Assembly (NCBI GenBank): GCA_965116495.1
Contig: OZ220696.1
Span: forward strand, 3,328,001-3,392,000
Reading direction: 5' to 3'
Origin: Gammaproteobacteria bacterium
GTDB taxonomy: Bacteria; Pseudomonadota; Gammaproteobacteria; Eutrophobiales; Eutrophobiaceae
DNA length: 64,000 nt
Shown here piece by piece: positions 62,784-64,000 of this stretch (position 1 is the stretch's first letter; each line of letters starts with the position of its first letter). The translations under genes were made by a program, and so were the position numbers. Below the pieces are notes generated by a model. It ran no database searches. It had not been told where the DNA came from and saw only the letters and a list, made by a program, of their open reading frames with translations.

Positions 62784-63914
62784 ATGACTGAGAAACGAGA
62801 CTATTATGACGTTCTTGGCGTATCAAAAAATGCGTCCGATGGCGATATAAAAAAGGCATTCCGCCGTCTGGCAATGAAGTTCCATCCGGACCGCAATCCG
62901 GACAGCAAAGAGGCGGAAGAAAAATTCAAGGAAGCAAAGGAAGCCCACGATATCCTGAGCGACCAGCAGAAGCGGGCGGCATATGACCAGTTCGGCCATG
63001 CCGGCGTCAGCACCTCTGCCGGTGGGCCGGATGCCCAGGGATTCAGCGGGTTCGGCGATATATTCGACAACGTTTTCGGCGATATTTTCGGCGCGCAGGG
63101 GCGCGGCGGCCAGCGCGGGCAGACTGGGGCGAACCTGCGTTACGACCTGGAAATGAACCTTGAGGATGCCATTGCGGGCACGACAATCAAGATACGGGTG
63201 CCCCGGCTGGTAACCTGCAGCGGCTGCTCTGGCAGCGGCGCCAGGCAGGGATCGAGCCCGGTCCAGTGTCCTACCTGCAACGGCGCCGGCCAGGTCCGCA
63301 TGCAACAAGGGTTTTTCTCGGTGCAGCAGACCTGTCCGAAGTGCCGCGGCCAGGGAAAAATCATCAATGACCCGTGTCATACATGCCGTGGACATGGGCG
63401 GGTGCGGGATAGCAAGACCATCTCCGTGAAAGTCCCACCCGGTGTTGATACTGGCGACCGGATCCGCCTGTCAGGCGAAGGGGAGGCGGGTGAGTTCGGC
63501 GCGCCTGCCGGTGACCTGTACGTGCATGTCATTGTCAGGGAGCATGATATCTTTACCCGTGAAGGTTCCGATCTCTTCTGTGAAATTCCGATCAGTTTTG
63601 CCGCAGCAGCCCTGGGCCGGGATATAGAAATTCCGACACTGGACGGCAGGGTCAAAATCAAGGTCCCGGCGGAAACCCAGAGCGGCAGATTATTTCGCCT
63701 GCGCGGCAAAGGCGTGCGCTCCGTCAGGTCATCGGCAAGAGGCGATCTGCTGTGCCGTGTGGCGGTCGAGACCCCGGTGAATTTAAGCAGGAAACAAAAA
63801 GACGTATTGGAACAATTTGAAGAATCGATGCTGGAAGATGACAAGCGCCACCGCCCCAGGGCCAGCGGTTGGTTCGACAGTGTCAAAAAATTCTTTGATA
63901 GTGCCAGCCAGTAA
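62784..63914 (+). CDS. dnaJ: Chaperone DnaJ
   Basis: J domain with HPD, G/F region and four CxxCxGxG repeats. Confidence 0.98.
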   Translation: MTEKRDYYDVLGVSKNASDGDIKKAFRRLAMKFHPDRNPDSKEAEEKFKEAKEAHDILSDQQKRAAYDQFGHAGVSTSAGGPDAQGFSGFGDIFDNVFGDIFGAQGRGGQRGQTGANLRYDLEMNLEDAIAGTTIKIRVPRLVTCSGCSGSGARQGSSPVQCPTCNGAGQVRMQQGFFSVQQTCPKCRGQGKIINDPCHTCRGHGRVRDSKTISVKVPPGVDTGDRIRLSGEGEAGEFGAPAGDLYVHVIVREHDIFTREGSDLFCEIPISFAAAALGRDIEIPTLDGRVKIKVPAETQSGRLFRLRGKGVRSVRSSARGDLLCRVAVETPVNLSRKQKDVLEQFEESMLEDDKRHRPRASGWFDSVKKFFDSASQ

Positions 63915-64000
63915 TAATACGGCTCTCCATTCGGCTAAAGTTTATCCCGGCGACAGCCGGGACAGGAATCCAGTAGTATAACCGTCTCGCATGGATCGTC

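Overview
Chromosomal window from a Gammaproteobacterium (the hrcA-grpE-dnaK-dnaJ, smpB-ratAB-bamE-fur...recN-nadK and dapF-yigA-xerC blocks are recognisable), with accessory DNA interleaved in the core. (1) 1-9.0 kb: an N-aromatic catabolic cluster, truncated at the window start, with two CarAa/OxoO-type Rieske oxygenases, an azoreductase, an extradiol dioxygenase, trxB, a meta-cleavage hydrolase, a NicF-like amidase, a RidA deaminase and 2-aminophenol 1,6-dioxygenase (amnBA). (2) Three AAA_14+DUF4143 ATPase-nuclease paralogs, two preceded by direct-repeat arrays of 23-24 bp period. (3) leuA with a Leu-rich leader peptide, then udg-rimI-cysM-exonuclease. (4) 21.4-29.5 kb: a glycan island with three sulfotransferases. 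(5) 40-56 kb: a cobamide uptake and salvage region (btuCD, cobT-cobS-cbiB-cobD-cobC-cobU-pduX, btuF, cobQ, cobalamin riboswitch-btuB-btuR) interrupted by hipBA. At least four small repeat families are scattered through the window. One is a ~27-29 bp hairpin element with compensatory stem changes that appears inserted in frame into two genes, into REPs and into a copy of itself. No tRNA, rRNA, CRISPR array or transposase gene was found. All calls come from reading motifs and synteny by eye; no database searches were run.
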